From an uncultured Desulfarculus sp. (GTDB lineage: Bacteria; Desulfobacterota; Desulfarculia; Desulfarculales; Desulfarculaceae): DNA of 64,000 nt. Shown here piece after piece: positions 18,653-28,152 of the stretch. Location: contig CAXXUK010000001.1 in NCBI GenBank assembly GCA_963665125.2, positions 1,152,001 through 1,216,000 on the forward strand, written 5' to 3'. Below the pieces are notes generated by a model that worked only from the letters and a program-made list of their open reading frames with translations, was not told where the DNA came from and did no database searches. Numbering within the stretch: position 1 is the stretch's first letter; each line of letters begins with the position of its first letter. The translations under genes were made by a program, and so were the position numbers.

Positions 18653-19768
18653 ATGGTTCTGCGCGCACAGCCGCATATCCTGGTCATCGACGATGACGAG
18701 GTAGCCCGAGAATCAGCCCAAATTCTGCTGAACCGCTGGGGCAACCGCGTCAGTTTGGCTGAAGGAGGCGAGACCGGTCTGCACTTGATGCGCCAGGACC
18801 CTCCGGACCTGTGTCTGGTCGACTTGCAGATGCCCGGTTTGTCGGGCCTGGAAGTGCTGGGGAAAATAAAAGACTTCGATTCGACCATTGTCTGCATCAT
18901 GGTAACCGGTTACGCCACTTTGCAGTCTGCGGTTGATGCCCTCAAGGAAGGGGCCTACGATTTCCTGGCCAAGCCTTTTTCGCCCAGCGAGTTGAAAAGG
19001 GCCATAGACCGGGGCCTGGAACGGCGTTTTCTGGAAATGGAAACCGCCGCTCTGCGCGAAGAAAAGGACCGGATGGAGGCCAACTTCATCACCATGGTTT
19101 CCCACCAATTGCGTTCGCCCCTGGCCGCCGTCCGTCAATTGCTGGAAGTGGCCGCCAGCGAGGCCCTTGGTCCCATGGAAGGCCCTTACCGTGATATTAT
19201 GAGCCGTGCGACCTCGCGGCTGGACGATCTCCTGCAAAGCCTGAACAGCTGGCTGAGTATGAGTCAGATTCAGGACAAGGGCATCGTAGAGCGCAAGAGC
19301 GAGATCAAAATCGGTGAGCTTTTAAGCCGGCTGGCTCGCAGGATTTCCGTCGACGCGGAAGCTGCGGGTCAAACCATTAAGCTGTCCGGCCAAGACGACG
19401 ACTCGGTCGCCGTTGATGTGGACAGTGAAAGTTTGATGGAGGCGTTGTATAACATCGCTTCGAATGCTGTTAAATATAACAAGCCCGGAGGAGAGGTGGC
19501 GCTGTCCTGGCGGGCTGACGATTTTCTGGTGCACATAGACGTCACCGATCAAGGCCCTGGCATTCCCGAAGCGGAATGGCCGTTTTTGTTTGATGATTTT
19601 TTCCGCTCACAGCGGCCTGAATTAAAAAACAAACCAGGAACCGGTCTGGGACTTTCGATCTCCAGAAAGATCGTCATGGCCCATGACGGCGAGATAAAGG
19701 TATTATCGACAATGGGAGAAGGCTCGACATTTACCGTTATCCTGCCGCGCGCCGACGCAATGAAATAG
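18653..19768 (+). CDS. Receiver-HisKA-HATPase hybrid histidine kinase (cytoplasmic)
   Basis: N-terminal REC; SHQLRSPL H-box; NAVKY, DQGPGI, GTGLGL. Confidence 0.95.
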   Translation: MVLRAQPHILVIDDDEVARESAQILLNRWGNRVSLAEGGETGLHLMRQDPPDLCLVDLQMPGLSGLEVLGKIKDFDSTIVCIMVTGYATLQSAVDALKEGAYDFLAKPFSPSELKRAIDRGLERRFLEMETAALREEKDRMEANFITMVSHQLRSPLAAVRQLLEVAASEALGPMEGPYRDIMSRATSRLDDLLQSLNSWLSMSQIQDKGIVERKSEIKIGELLSRLARRISVDAEAAGQTIKLSGQDDDSVAVDVDSESLMEALYNIASNAVKYNKPGGEVALSWRADDFLVHIDVTDQGPGIPEAEWPFLFDDFFRSQRPELKNKPGTGLGLSISRKIVMAHDGEIKVLSTMGEGSTFTVILPRADAMK

Positions 19769-19930
19769 AGACTCGCATTATTTAAGGATACTGGCGGCCG
19801 TAGGCGGCCGTAGGAATTATACATACCCGAACCGTTAATGGCGGCGGATCAAGGCAAAACAACCGGCCAGGGGGCCGGGTTAGTTATTGCCGGTTTTATA
19901 TTTATCCGCCGCCGCATGGAGTGATCCCGC

Positions 19931-21295
19931 ATGAGTGTCGCACAGTGGTTCAAAGGCGTTCGCCTGAGTAAACCGCAGGCACCCGCGGCTCCGCCCTCAG
20001 AGTTTCCCGCTCCCGAGCGGGTGTATCTGCCTCTGAGGCAACACCGCGGTGAGATCTGCAAGCCACTGGTTCAACCCGGCGATCTGGTTAAAGTCGGCCA
20101 GATCATCGGCGAGGCCGACGGCTTGGAAGCGGCATTGGTTCACGCCTCGGTCAGCGGTAAAGTCGAACAGATTATCGACGTCAGCGACCCCGAAGGCCGC
20201 GTTGTCCCCACTGTCGTTATCAGCAACGACGGCAAGGACGACTGGGCCGATCTGGCCGATGAAGTCACCCTGGTCGACACCGCCGACAAGGTGTTTGAAA
20301 CCAAGCCCAGCCGGTTGCTCAACGCCGTACGCGGCGCAGGTCTGGTCAGGGCCGCTGCCCATGGCCTTCCCCTGCATCTGGAACTTTCCCCACCCATGGC
20401 TCCGCGCAGCTACCTGTTCATGACAGGCATACCGGTCGTGCGGGCCATAGACACCTTGATCATCAAGGCCGTCGACGCTGATCCGCCGGTGATACCGAAC
20501 CAGGCCTGCCTGGCCGGTTTCGGCCCCGAGTTGGAGATAGGCATCGCCGCCTTGGCTCGGGTGGCCGGCGCCAAACGCGTGATCATCGCCGCCGCCGCCG
20601 GAGCCGATCTGGGCGACCTGGCCAAAACGGCCCAGGCCCGTGAGTGGGAAATCACCAGCGTCAACGGAGCGCACTATCCCTATGCCATGGACGACATCAT
20701 GGTCTTCAACCTCACCGGCCGGGAAGTGCCCACGCCGTATGGTGAGCCCAGGGATGTCGGTGTTCTGGTGGAACCCCTGGCCACGGCCATGGCCTTTGGC
20801 AAGGCCCTGATGGACGGCCGCCCCTCCGTGGAACGTGTCTTCAGCGTGGCCGGCGACGTTGCCAAACCTGGCGTCTTCAAGGTCAGGCTCGGCACGCCCG
20901 TTTCGGCCATCCTGGCCGCCTGCGGACCTGCCGGCGAACCCGGCAAGGTCATCTTCGGCGGCCCCATGATGGGTCTGGCCCACTTTGACGTGAACACGCC
21001 GATCACCAAGGAGACCGACGGCCTCTATGTGATCAGCAAGAAAAACGTGCAGAATTTCTCCGGCGAAGCGTGCATCCACTGCGGACGCTGCGTGCAGGCC
21101 TGCCCGGTCAACCTGATTCCCTGCGAACTGGGCAAAATGTGCGAATTCGGCCAATACGCCGAAGCCGAGGAGAGAGACCTGCTCCATTGTATTGAATGCG
21201 GCTGCTGCGCATATGTATGCCCCGCCAAACGGCCCATGGTTCATCTGATCCGCCTGGGCAAGAGCGAGGTTATGGCAGGGAAGGAGCAGTCATGA
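19931..21295 (+). CDS. rnfC: Rnf subunit C (divergent FMN/NADH site)
   Basis: LPLRQH, VHASVSGKV, SLBB GGPMMG, CIHCGRCVQACP, CIECGCCAYVCP; first gene of the operon. Confidence 0.93.
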   Translation: MSVAQWFKGVRLSKPQAPAAPPSEFPAPERVYLPLRQHRGEICKPLVQPGDLVKVGQIIGEADGLEAALVHASVSGKVEQIIDVSDPEGRVVPTVVISNDGKDDWADLADEVTLVDTADKVFETKPSRLLNAVRGAGLVRAAAHGLPLHLELSPPMAPRSYLFMTGIPVVRAIDTLIIKAVDADPPVIPNQACLAGFGPELEIGIAALARVAGAKRVIIAAAAGADLGDLAKTAQAREWEITSVNGAHYPYAMDDIMVFNLTGREVPTPYGEPRDVGVLVEPLATAMAFGKALMDGRPSVERVFSVAGDVAKPGVFKVRLGTPVSAILAACGPAGEPGKVIFGGPMMGLAHFDVNTPITKETDGLYVISKKNVQNFSGEACIHCGRCVQACPVNLIPCELGKMCEFGQYAEAEERDLLHCIECGCCAYVCPAKRPMVHLIRLGKSEVMAGKEQS

Positions 21296-22323
21296 GTAAA
21301 CAGCTTCTAACCGTATCGACCTCTCCGCATATCATGGGCAAAATGACCGTGCGCTCCATGCACATCGAGTTCATGATTGCCCTGTTGCCGGCCATCGTAA
21401 CCGGCGTTTATTATTTTGGCGCCCCGGCCATCACTACCATTCTGCTGGCGGTCGCATCGGCCGTGGTCACCGAAGTGGTCCTGGCCAAGCTGACCAAGCA
21501 GCCGGTCAAGGTCGGGGATCTCCATGCGGTTCTCATGGGCCTTTTGTTGGGCCTGCTCCTGCCACCTGTGGCTTTTGGCGTTGAAGACGCCTGCCCCTGG
21601 TGGATTCCGGTTGTCGGTTCGGCCCTGGCCATCGGCCTTGGCAAGACCGTTTTCGGCGGACTGGGCAATTACCCCATGAACCCGGTCATCATAGCCTGGG
21701 CCGCTCTGGCTCTTTCCTGGCCCGAGCACACCATGGCCATCCTGGATCCGATGCCATTCGGCACCGAAGATCCCGAATGGGTCGTCAGCACTACTCCGCT
21801 CATGGAGCTCAAGAACGACATCGGCGCCCTGATGAGCTATGAAATGGCCAACCTGTGGAAAGGCATGTATCCCAGCGCCGTTGGCGTGGGCGGCACATGG
21901 GCCCTGTTGGCGGGCGGCATCTATCTGGTGATCCGCCGCATCGTGGCTTGGCAGATTCCCGTTGGCGTGATCATCGGCGCCATCGCCCTGGCTCTTTTGG
22001 CAACCTACACCGATACGCGCATTGTCGAGGATCTGGGGTTGGAGGAGTTCGCCGACCGCTGGGCGGTTGCTGAATTCATGTTGGCAACCGGCGGCTTGAT
22101 GATCGCGGCGTTCTTCCTGGCGCCCGAACCGGTATCCAGCCCGGTAACGCCCTGGGGCATGCTGCTCTACGGCATCGGCATCGGCGCCATGGCCGTAATC
22201 GTCCGTTTCTGGGGCGCGCCCGTTGACGGCGTGTTCTACGGCGTGCTGATTATGAACGCGGCCACTCCGCTGTTCGATCGCATCAGGCCCGCGGTCCTGG
22301 GGAAGGTGGTGCACAGTGCGTGA
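21292..22323 (+). CDS. rnfD: Rnf subunit D
   Basis: SPH, KTVFGGLGNYPMNP, STTPL flavinylation site, PVSSP; ATGA overlap. Confidence 0.95.
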   Translation: MSKQLLTVSTSPHIMGKMTVRSMHIEFMIALLPAIVTGVYYFGAPAITTILLAVASAVVTEVVLAKLTKQPVKVGDLHAVLMGLLLGLLLPPVAFGVEDACPWWIPVVGSALAIGLGKTVFGGLGNYPMNPVIIAWAALALSWPEHTMAILDPMPFGTEDPEWVVSTTPLMELKNDIGALMSYEMANLWKGMYPSAVGVGGTWALLAGGIYLVIRRIVAWQIPVGVIIGAIALALLATYTDTRIVEDLGLEEFADRWAVAEFMLATGGLMIAAFFLAPEPVSSPVTPWGMLLYGIGIGAMAVIVRFWGAPVDGVFYGVLIMNAATPLFDRIRPAVLGKVVHSA

Positions 22324-22891
22324 AATACTTAAACTGGCCGTCGTCCTTACCGTGATCTGCGCTGCCAGCGGCTTCCTGCTGGCCCTGGTGCATGGTTTCA
22401 CCAAGGCGCCCATTGAGTACGCAGTACTCAAAAACGTCAAGGAACCCGCCATTAAGGCCGTTCTGACGGGATTTGACAACGACCCGGTCAAGGACCTGGT
22501 CAAGATCCCCATGGGCAAGGACAAAAAAGGCAAGGCGATCGACCTGAAGGTCTTCCCGGCCAAGAAAGCCGGCAAGACATTCGCGGTGGCCTTCGAGACC
22601 TCAGCCAACGGTTATCACGGCCCCATCGGCGTGATGATAGGCATTGATGCCGACAAGAAAGACATCAGCGGCATTTCAATCGTCAGCCACAGTGAGACTC
22701 CCGGCCTGGGCGCGCGCATTGTTCAGGCAAACTTCACCGATTCGTTCAAGGGCAAGTCTCTGGAAAAAGAGCTGACCAAAGAGGACATCGACGCCCTCAG
22801 CGGCGCGACACTGTCAACCAATGGCGTTGTCGCCGCCGTCAACCAGGCGCGGGAGCTTTTTGATAAGTACCGCGACCAGATGTTGCAGTAG
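22316..22891 (+). CDS. rnfG: Rnf subunit G
   Basis: GYHGPI, HSETPGLG, DALSGATLST FMN site. Confidence 0.95.
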   Translation: MREILKLAVVLTVICAASGFLLALVHGFTKAPIEYAVLKNVKEPAIKAVLTGFDNDPVKDLVKIPMGKDKKGKAIDLKVFPAKKAGKTFAVAFETSANGYHGPIGVMIGIDADKKDISGISIVSHSETPGLGARIVQANFTDSFKGKSLEKELTKEDIDALSGATLSTNGVVAAVNQARELFDKYRDQMLQ

Positions 22892-22906
22892 GGAGGGATT
22901 AATACA

Positions 22907-23545
22907 ATGGCTCTAATGAAGGATTTTACCAAGGGCTTTTGGGACCTGCTGCCGCCTTTCCGGTTGGTTCTCGGCCTCTGCCCCACCCTGGCCGTCACCA
23001 CGTCGGCTGAAAACGGGTACGGCATGGGTCTGGCCACCACCTTCGTGTTGGTCGGTTCCAACCTGCTCATATCTTTGCTGCGCAAGGTGATTCCCAGCAA
23101 AGTCCGTATCGCGGCGTTCATCGTTATCATCGCCAGCTTCGTCGTCGTGGTCGAGCTGTTGATGCAGGCCTATGTTTTCGGCCTTTACCAGTCGTTGGGC
23201 ATATTCATCCCCTTGATCGTGGTCAACTGCATCATCCTGGGACGCGCCGAGGCCTTTGCCGCCAAGAACGGCCCCCTGCCCAGCATCATGGACGGCTTGG
23301 GCATCGGCCTGGGTTTCACCCTCAGCCTGTTCACCCTGGGCGCCATCCGCGAGATACTGGGCGCGGGCACGCTGACCCTGGTGGCCAAGGCAGGTCTGGC
23401 CTTCAACATCATGGGTGAAGGCTACGAGCCCTTCACATTCATGGTGCGCGCCCCCGGCGCCTTTGTCTGCCTGGGTTGCCTGTTGGCCGTGATCAACTAC
23501 GTCAGCGTCAAATTGGACGAGCGTAAGAGGAGGGCCCAGTCATGA
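22907..23545 (+). CDS. rnfE: Rnf subunit E
   Basis: LGLCPTLAVT, IPLIVVNCIILGRAEAFA. Confidence 0.97.
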   Translation: MALMKDFTKGFWDLLPPFRLVLGLCPTLAVTTSAENGYGMGLATTFVLVGSNLLISLLRKVIPSKVRIAAFIVIIASFVVVVELLMQAYVFGLYQSLGIFIPLIVVNCIILGRAEAFAAKNGPLPSIMDGLGIGLGFTLSLFTLGAIREILGAGTLTLVAKAGLAFNIMGEGYEPFTFMVRAPGAFVCLGCLLAVINYVSVKLDERKRRAQS

Positions 23546-24129
23546 GTTTCGGCGACTATCTGCTGTTTATCGTCGGCGCCATCCTGGTCAACAACATCCT
23601 GTTGGCCAAGTTCCTGGGCAACTGTCCCTTCCTGGGCGTCAGCCGCCGCATGGACACCGCCACCGGCATGTCCATGGCCGTCATCTTCGTTATGACCATG
23701 GCCGGCATGACCACCTGGGTGGTGCAGTACTTCCTGCTGGTGCCCCTGGAGATCGAGTATCTACAGACAATCGCATTCATTCTGGTAATCGCCGCCCTGG
23801 TTCAGTTGGTCGAGATCGTCATGCAGAAAACCATGCCCGCTCTTTACCGGGCCCTTGGCATCTTCCTGCCGCTGATCACCACCAACTGCGCCGTCTTGGG
23901 TGTGGCCATCATCAACATCAGCTCTGAATACGATTTCTTTGACACGCTGATCTTCTCGTTCGCCTCGGCCCTGGGTTACAGCCTGGCGCTGGTGCTGTTC
24001 GCGGGCATTCGCGAACGGTACGTGCTGGCCCGTATCCCCAAGGTGTTCGAGGGCACGGCCATCGGTCTGGTCACAGCCGGTTTCCTGGCTCTGGCTTTTT
24101 CCGGTTTCGCCGGGCTTGTTGGTCACTAG
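23542..24129 (+). CDS. rnfA: Rnf subunit A
   Basis: FLGNCPFLGVS, LPLITTNCAVLG. Confidence 0.97.
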   Translation: MSFGDYLLFIVGAILVNNILLAKFLGNCPFLGVSRRMDTATGMSMAVIFVMTMAGMTTWVVQYFLLVPLEIEYLQTIAFILVIAALVQLVEIVMQKTMPALYRALGIFLPLITTNCAVLGVAIINISSEYDFFDTLIFSFASALGYSLALVLFAGIRERYVLARIPKVFEGTAIGLVTAGFLALAFSGFAGLVGH

Positions 24130-24171
24130 CGCAACTGGGGCTGCCCAAGGCAGCCCATGGAGAGATATATA

Positions 24172-26277
24172 ATGCTGATAGAAGCATTGGCCATCGGTGG
24201 ATTGGGACTAGCCTCGGCCCTGGGCCTGGGCATAGCCGCCCGCATATTCGCCGTGGAGGTCGATCCGCTCGTTGAGGCAATCGAGGAGGCCCTGCCCGGC
24301 GCGAACTGCGGCGGCTGCGGCTTTGCCGGTTGTTCTTCATGCGCGGTGGCCATCGCCTCCGGTAAAGCCGCTGCCAACGTCTGCGTAGGCGGCGGTCCGG
24401 AAGTCGGTGAAGCCATTGCCGCGATATTGGGCGTGGAGATCTCCTTCCGCGAACCGCAAATCGCCCTGCCCGACTGCACCTATGGTACCGACCGGGCCGC
24501 GCTAAAATACGTTTATGACGGTGTTCAGGACTGCAAAGCCGCCGCTCTGTTGGCCGGTGGAGCCAAAGAGTGCGAGATCGGCTGCCTTGGCCTTGGCACC
24601 TGCGCAGCCGCTTGCCCGTTCGGCGCCATCACCATTGGCGAGGATCATCTGCCAAAGATCGATCCCCTGCTGTGCACCGGCTGCGGAACCTGCGAGCGTT
24701 CCTGTCCTAAAAACATCATTCATCTTTCTTCGATCACCGACCGCATCCTGCAGTTCAACTCTGTTGAAAACTGCGTGGCGCCCTGCCAGGCCACTTGTCC
24801 GGCCCAGATCAACATTCCGGGCTACATCAAGGCCGTGGGTGAAGGCCGCTACGAAGATGCGGTGCAGATCATCAAGGAACACAACCCGCTGCCCCTGGTC
24901 TGCGGCCGTGTCTGCCCGCATCCATGCGAGGACGCCTGCCGACGCGGCCTGGACGGCGAGCCGGTGAACATCAACCATATCAAGCGGTTTGCCGCTGACT
25001 ATGAGATGAACTCCGGCAAACGCATCCAACCGCTGGTCATGCCGTCCAACGGACGCAAGGTCGCCGTTGTCGGCGGCGGTCCCGCCGGCCTGACCGTTGC
25101 CTACTATCTGGTGCGTCTTGGTTACGTGCCCACGATCTTTGAACAGCAGCCCAAACTCGGCGGCATGCTGCGCTACGGCATCCCCGAGTACCGCCTGCCC
25201 AAGGCCATTCTCGATTGGGAATGCCAAGGCATTCTGGAGCTTGGCGTCGAAGCCAGGATGAACCAGAAGATGGGCCGCGACTTTACCATGCAGTCGCTCC
25301 AGGATGAGGGCTTCGAAGCCATCTTCGTGGGCCCCGGTTGCTGGGACAGCCGCAACATGGGCCTGGAGGGCGAAAACCTCCAGGGCGTTCTGCCCGGAAC
25401 GAACATGCTCATCGACCGCGGTCTGGAAAAGGACACGCCGGTGGGCAAGAAGGTCGTCATCATCGGCGGCGGCAACACGGCTCTGGACTGCGCCCGCACC
25501 TGCTGGCGCCTGGGCGCCGATGAAGTCACCGTACTTTACCGCCGCTCCCGTGCCGAAATGCCGGCCAACGACATCGAAGTCGAGGAAGGCGAGCACGAGG
25601 GCCTTAATTACAAGTTCCTCGCCGCCCCCACCAAGCTCATCGGCGATGAAAACGGCAAGCTCGTGGGGCTTGAGTACATCACCATGGAGCTTGGCGAGCC
25701 TGATGCGTCCGGCCGCCGCCGCCCGGTGCCCATTGAGGGTTCCGAGACGGTGATAGCGGTCGACAACGTCATCGCCGCTATCGGTCAGTTCCCCGACTTG
25801 GCCTTCCTGGAGCAGGACGGCGCTTGCAAGGACCTGACCATAAGCCGCTGGAACACAATCGAATGTGACGAGCGGCTGGGCACCACCACCATGACCGGCG
25901 TATTTGCCGCCGGTGACGGCGTGCACGGCGCCAAAACCGTTGTAGAGGCTATCGGCGCCGCCCGCAAGGCCGCCAGGTCGATCCACCTGTATCTGGGTGG
26001 CGACACTCTCGGCGATCCCCAGCAATGGGTCAAGAACCCCAAGCAGGTCAACCAGCGCGTGAAGGAAATTCCCAACGCGCCGGTCCCGGGCCAGCGCGCC
26101 AAAATGCGCGAACTCACCGTTTCCGAACGCGCCAATTCGTTCATCGAGGTCGAATTGGGGCTGTTGGAAGAAGACGCCAAGCGAGAAGCCCAGCGCTGCT
26201 TGCAGTGCGGCATTTACTGCTACAAAAAGTCCGGCGAATGCACAGATTCAACCTGTGCAAGTTGTTCGGGCTCCTAG
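24172..26277 (+). CDS. rnfB: RnfB fused to a GltD/NfnB-like FAD/NAD(P)H oxidoreductase
   Basis: LPGANCGGCGFAGC + ferredoxin motifs, then APCQATCP, CGRVCPHPCE, GGGPAG, GGMLRYGIPEYRLP, GGGNTA, YRRS. Confidence 0.93.
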   Translation: MLIEALAIGGLGLASALGLGIAARIFAVEVDPLVEAIEEALPGANCGGCGFAGCSSCAVAIASGKAAANVCVGGGPEVGEAIAAILGVEISFREPQIALPDCTYGTDRAALKYVYDGVQDCKAAALLAGGAKECEIGCLGLGTCAAACPFGAITIGEDHLPKIDPLLCTGCGTCERSCPKNIIHLSSITDRILQFNSVENCVAPCQATCPAQINIPGYIKAVGEGRYEDAVQIIKEHNPLPLVCGRVCPHPCEDACRRGLDGEPVNINHIKRFAADYEMNSGKRIQPLVMPSNGRKVAVVGGGPAGLTVAYYLVRLGYVPTIFEQQPKLGGMLRYGIPEYRLPKAILDWECQGILELGVEARMNQKMGRDFTMQSLQDEGFEAIFVGPGCWDSRNMGLEGENLQGVLPGTNMLIDRGLEKDTPVGKKVVIIGGGNTALDCARTCWRLGADEVTVLYRRSRAEMPANDIEVEEGEHEGLNYKFLAAPTKLIGDENGKLVGLEYITMELGEPDASGRRRPVPIEGSETVIAVDNVIAAIGQFPDLAFLEQDGACKDLTISRWNTIECDERLGTTTMTGVFAAGDGVHGAKTVVEAIGAARKAARSIHLYLGGDTLGDPQQWVKNPKQVNQRVKEIPNAPVPGQRAKMRELTVSERANSFIEVELGLLEEDAKREAQRCLQCGIYCYKKSGECTDSTCASCSGS

Positions 26278-26284
26278 CGGGAGG

Positions 26285-27310
26285 ATGAAAATGAAATCCA
26301 CCCCGACAATGAACCGCCGTGGTTTCCTGAAGCTGGCCGGCATGGCCGGCGCTGCGGCCGCCCTGCCCCTGGTATCTCCGGCCATCGGTCTGGCCGACAT
26401 GGGCCGCAAGCTGCATGTCGCCCAGCAGACCAGGATGATGATGGGCACGCTGGTATCGGTCACTATCGTTGACAGCTCACCGGCCCTGGCCCAGGACGCC
26501 ATGAACAAAACATTTGACCGCATGGCCTCCCTGACGCCGATCTTTGACCGGCACAGCGGAGCGGGCCTGCTCAACGCACTGAACACCAGCGGCAGCATAA
26601 CCGCGATGCCCGCCGAGCTGAGCAAGGTCATCGATCTGTGCCAGAGCGTGCATCGGCTCAGCGGCGGCGCCTTTGACATCACCGTGGCTCCGATCATCGA
26701 CGCCTACCGCCAGAGCTTCGCCGCTTCCGGCCGTGCTCCCAGCAAGGACGAACTGCGGGCCGCCATGAACACCATGGGCGGCGTTAGCGTAAACGGCAAC
26801 GCCATGGCCATCACCCGCCAAGGCGCTGGCGTGACCCTCGACGGCGTGGCCAAGGGCTACCTGGTTGACCAGGGCCTGGCGGCGGCCAAGGCCGCAGGCG
26901 CCTCGCACGTGTTGATCAACGCCGGCGGAGACGTGGGCGTATTGGGCGACCGCGGCAACGGCCAGCCCTGGCGCGTGGCCGTATCCGATCCGGCCGAGCC
27001 CAGCAAGGCCAAGGCGGTTATCTCGCTGACCAGCGGCGCGGTGGCCACCAGCGGCAACTACGAGGTCTACTTCGACCGTGACAAGCTCTATCATCACATC
27101 ATAGACCCCGCGACGGGCGCCAGCCCCCGCATGGACACCAGCGTCAGCGTTCGGGCCGGCTCCGCCGCTCTGGCCGACGCCCTGTCCACGGCCTGCTTTG
27201 TGATGGAGCCCAAGGCCGCCCGCAAGCTGCTTGCGAGCAACCAGGGCCTGGACGGCATGATCCTGACCCGTCAAGGCCAGCGCTATATGACCGAAGGATT
27301 CGCCGGCTAG
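26285..27310 (+). CDS. apbE: Tat-exported FAD:protein FMN transferase (ApbE/RnfF)
   Basis: RRGFLK twin-arginine signal; MGT, GAFDITV, GVAKGY, NAGGD, ATSGNYE, HHIIDP, ADALSTA. Confidence 0.95.
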   Translation: MKMKSTPTMNRRGFLKLAGMAGAAAALPLVSPAIGLADMGRKLHVAQQTRMMMGTLVSVTIVDSSPALAQDAMNKTFDRMASLTPIFDRHSGAGLLNALNTSGSITAMPAELSKVIDLCQSVHRLSGGAFDITVAPIIDAYRQSFAASGRAPSKDELRAAMNTMGGVSVNGNAMAITRQGAGVTLDGVAKGYLVDQGLAAAKAAGASHVLINAGGDVGVLGDRGNGQPWRVAVSDPAEPSKAKAVISLTSGAVATSGNYEVYFDRDKLYHHIIDPATGASPRMDTSVSVRAGSAALADALSTACFVMEPKAARKLLASNQGLDGMILTRQGQRYMTEGFAG

Positions 27311-27334
27311 GCAATCCGACCGTCAGCCATGTAT

Positions 27335-27370
27335 CGGCCCCGCCCTTTTCGCGGCGGGGCCGTTTTTTAT
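27335..27370 (+). terminator. Intrinsic terminator of the rnf operon
   Basis: CGGCCCCGCC / GGCGGGGCCG stem + TTTTTT. Confidence 0.85.
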
Positions 27371-27551
27371 TGTAACCGGCAAGAGTTGCCATGTTTATCA
27401 GAGCCCAACACCAGCCGCCGGCCACCAACCCCGCCTCAACAAGGGAATCCAACTTTTTCATTTATCAATTTTGATAATCCATGCCCCTGTGGCCAGCCGC
27501 TTTCCACAAAACAGCACGTCAATTGTTCACCTTTTCTCACGCCAGTCTAAT

Positions 27552-27567
27552 TGGCCCGGCAATTGCT
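27552..27567 (+). promoter_or_regulatory. Sigma54 -24/-12 promoter
   Basis: TGGCCCGGCAATTGCT (GG-N10-GC), 35 nt before the ATG. Confidence 0.7.
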
Positions 27568-27602
27568 AGGGATTATAATGTAATTAGGGAAAGGAGGCAG
27601 CC

Positions 27603-28100
27603 ATGCTAAATAACACTATCACGCCAAGTTCCATTGGCATCGAACGGCTGATTCAGGTGCTTGGCCTACCCTCCCATGATCAAACCGCGGGCATGGGGTT
27701 TGCCGTGACCGAAAAGGTTTTTCGCAAAATGGTCTATTTCATCGGGCGCACCTTTTTCGGCGCAGTCGGCCTTTGCCTGGAACCGGGCAAGGAATTTAAA
27801 AGCTTTACCGTATTCCCGGCCCCGGATATGGACTGGCACCGTTGCGCCTTTTGGATGGGTCACCTGGTGAACTTGGCCGCCGACGAAGAGATCATGGCCG
27901 GCCCGGAACAATTCTTGGCGCCAAACGGATATAAGGGCCAGAGACGAGTATACGAAGACTACAGGCGTGCCGTGATGGACAACCTTGACCTATTGCCCGC
28001 TGGCGCACGCAGCTTCGGGCTGCGCTCACCAGGCGAAGCCCTGCTCATCGCCTTGGCCAAGGTTCATCAAAAGGCCGTGGAAAACAGCGACGCCGCATAA
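27603..28100 (+). CDS. Hypothetical protein
   Basis: AAGGAGG RBS, sigma54 promoter and downstream hairpin; no family recognised. Confidence 0.75.
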   Translation: MLNNTITPSSIGIERLIQVLGLPSHDQTAGMGFAVTEKVFRKMVYFIGRTFFGAVGLCLEPGKEFKSFTVFPAPDMDWHRCAFWMGHLVNLAADEEIMAGPEQFLAPNGYKGQRRVYEDYRRAVMDNLDLLPAGARSFGLRSPGEALLIALAKVHQKAVENSDAA

Positions 28101-28133
28101 AAAAACGGACCGCCCGATGGGCGGTCCGCAAAA
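28098..28133. terminator. Terminator hairpin between convergent genes
   Basis: A run, then CGGACCGCCC / GGGCGGTCCG. Confidence 0.75.
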
Positions 28134-28152
28134 ATGAACCACTGGGGAATGA

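Noticed and set aside
19997..26025. Long antisense ORFs over rnf (415, 433, 507 aa) and similar ones elsewhere
   Set aside because: Shadow ORFs expected from GC-rich codon usage; no motifs or RBS
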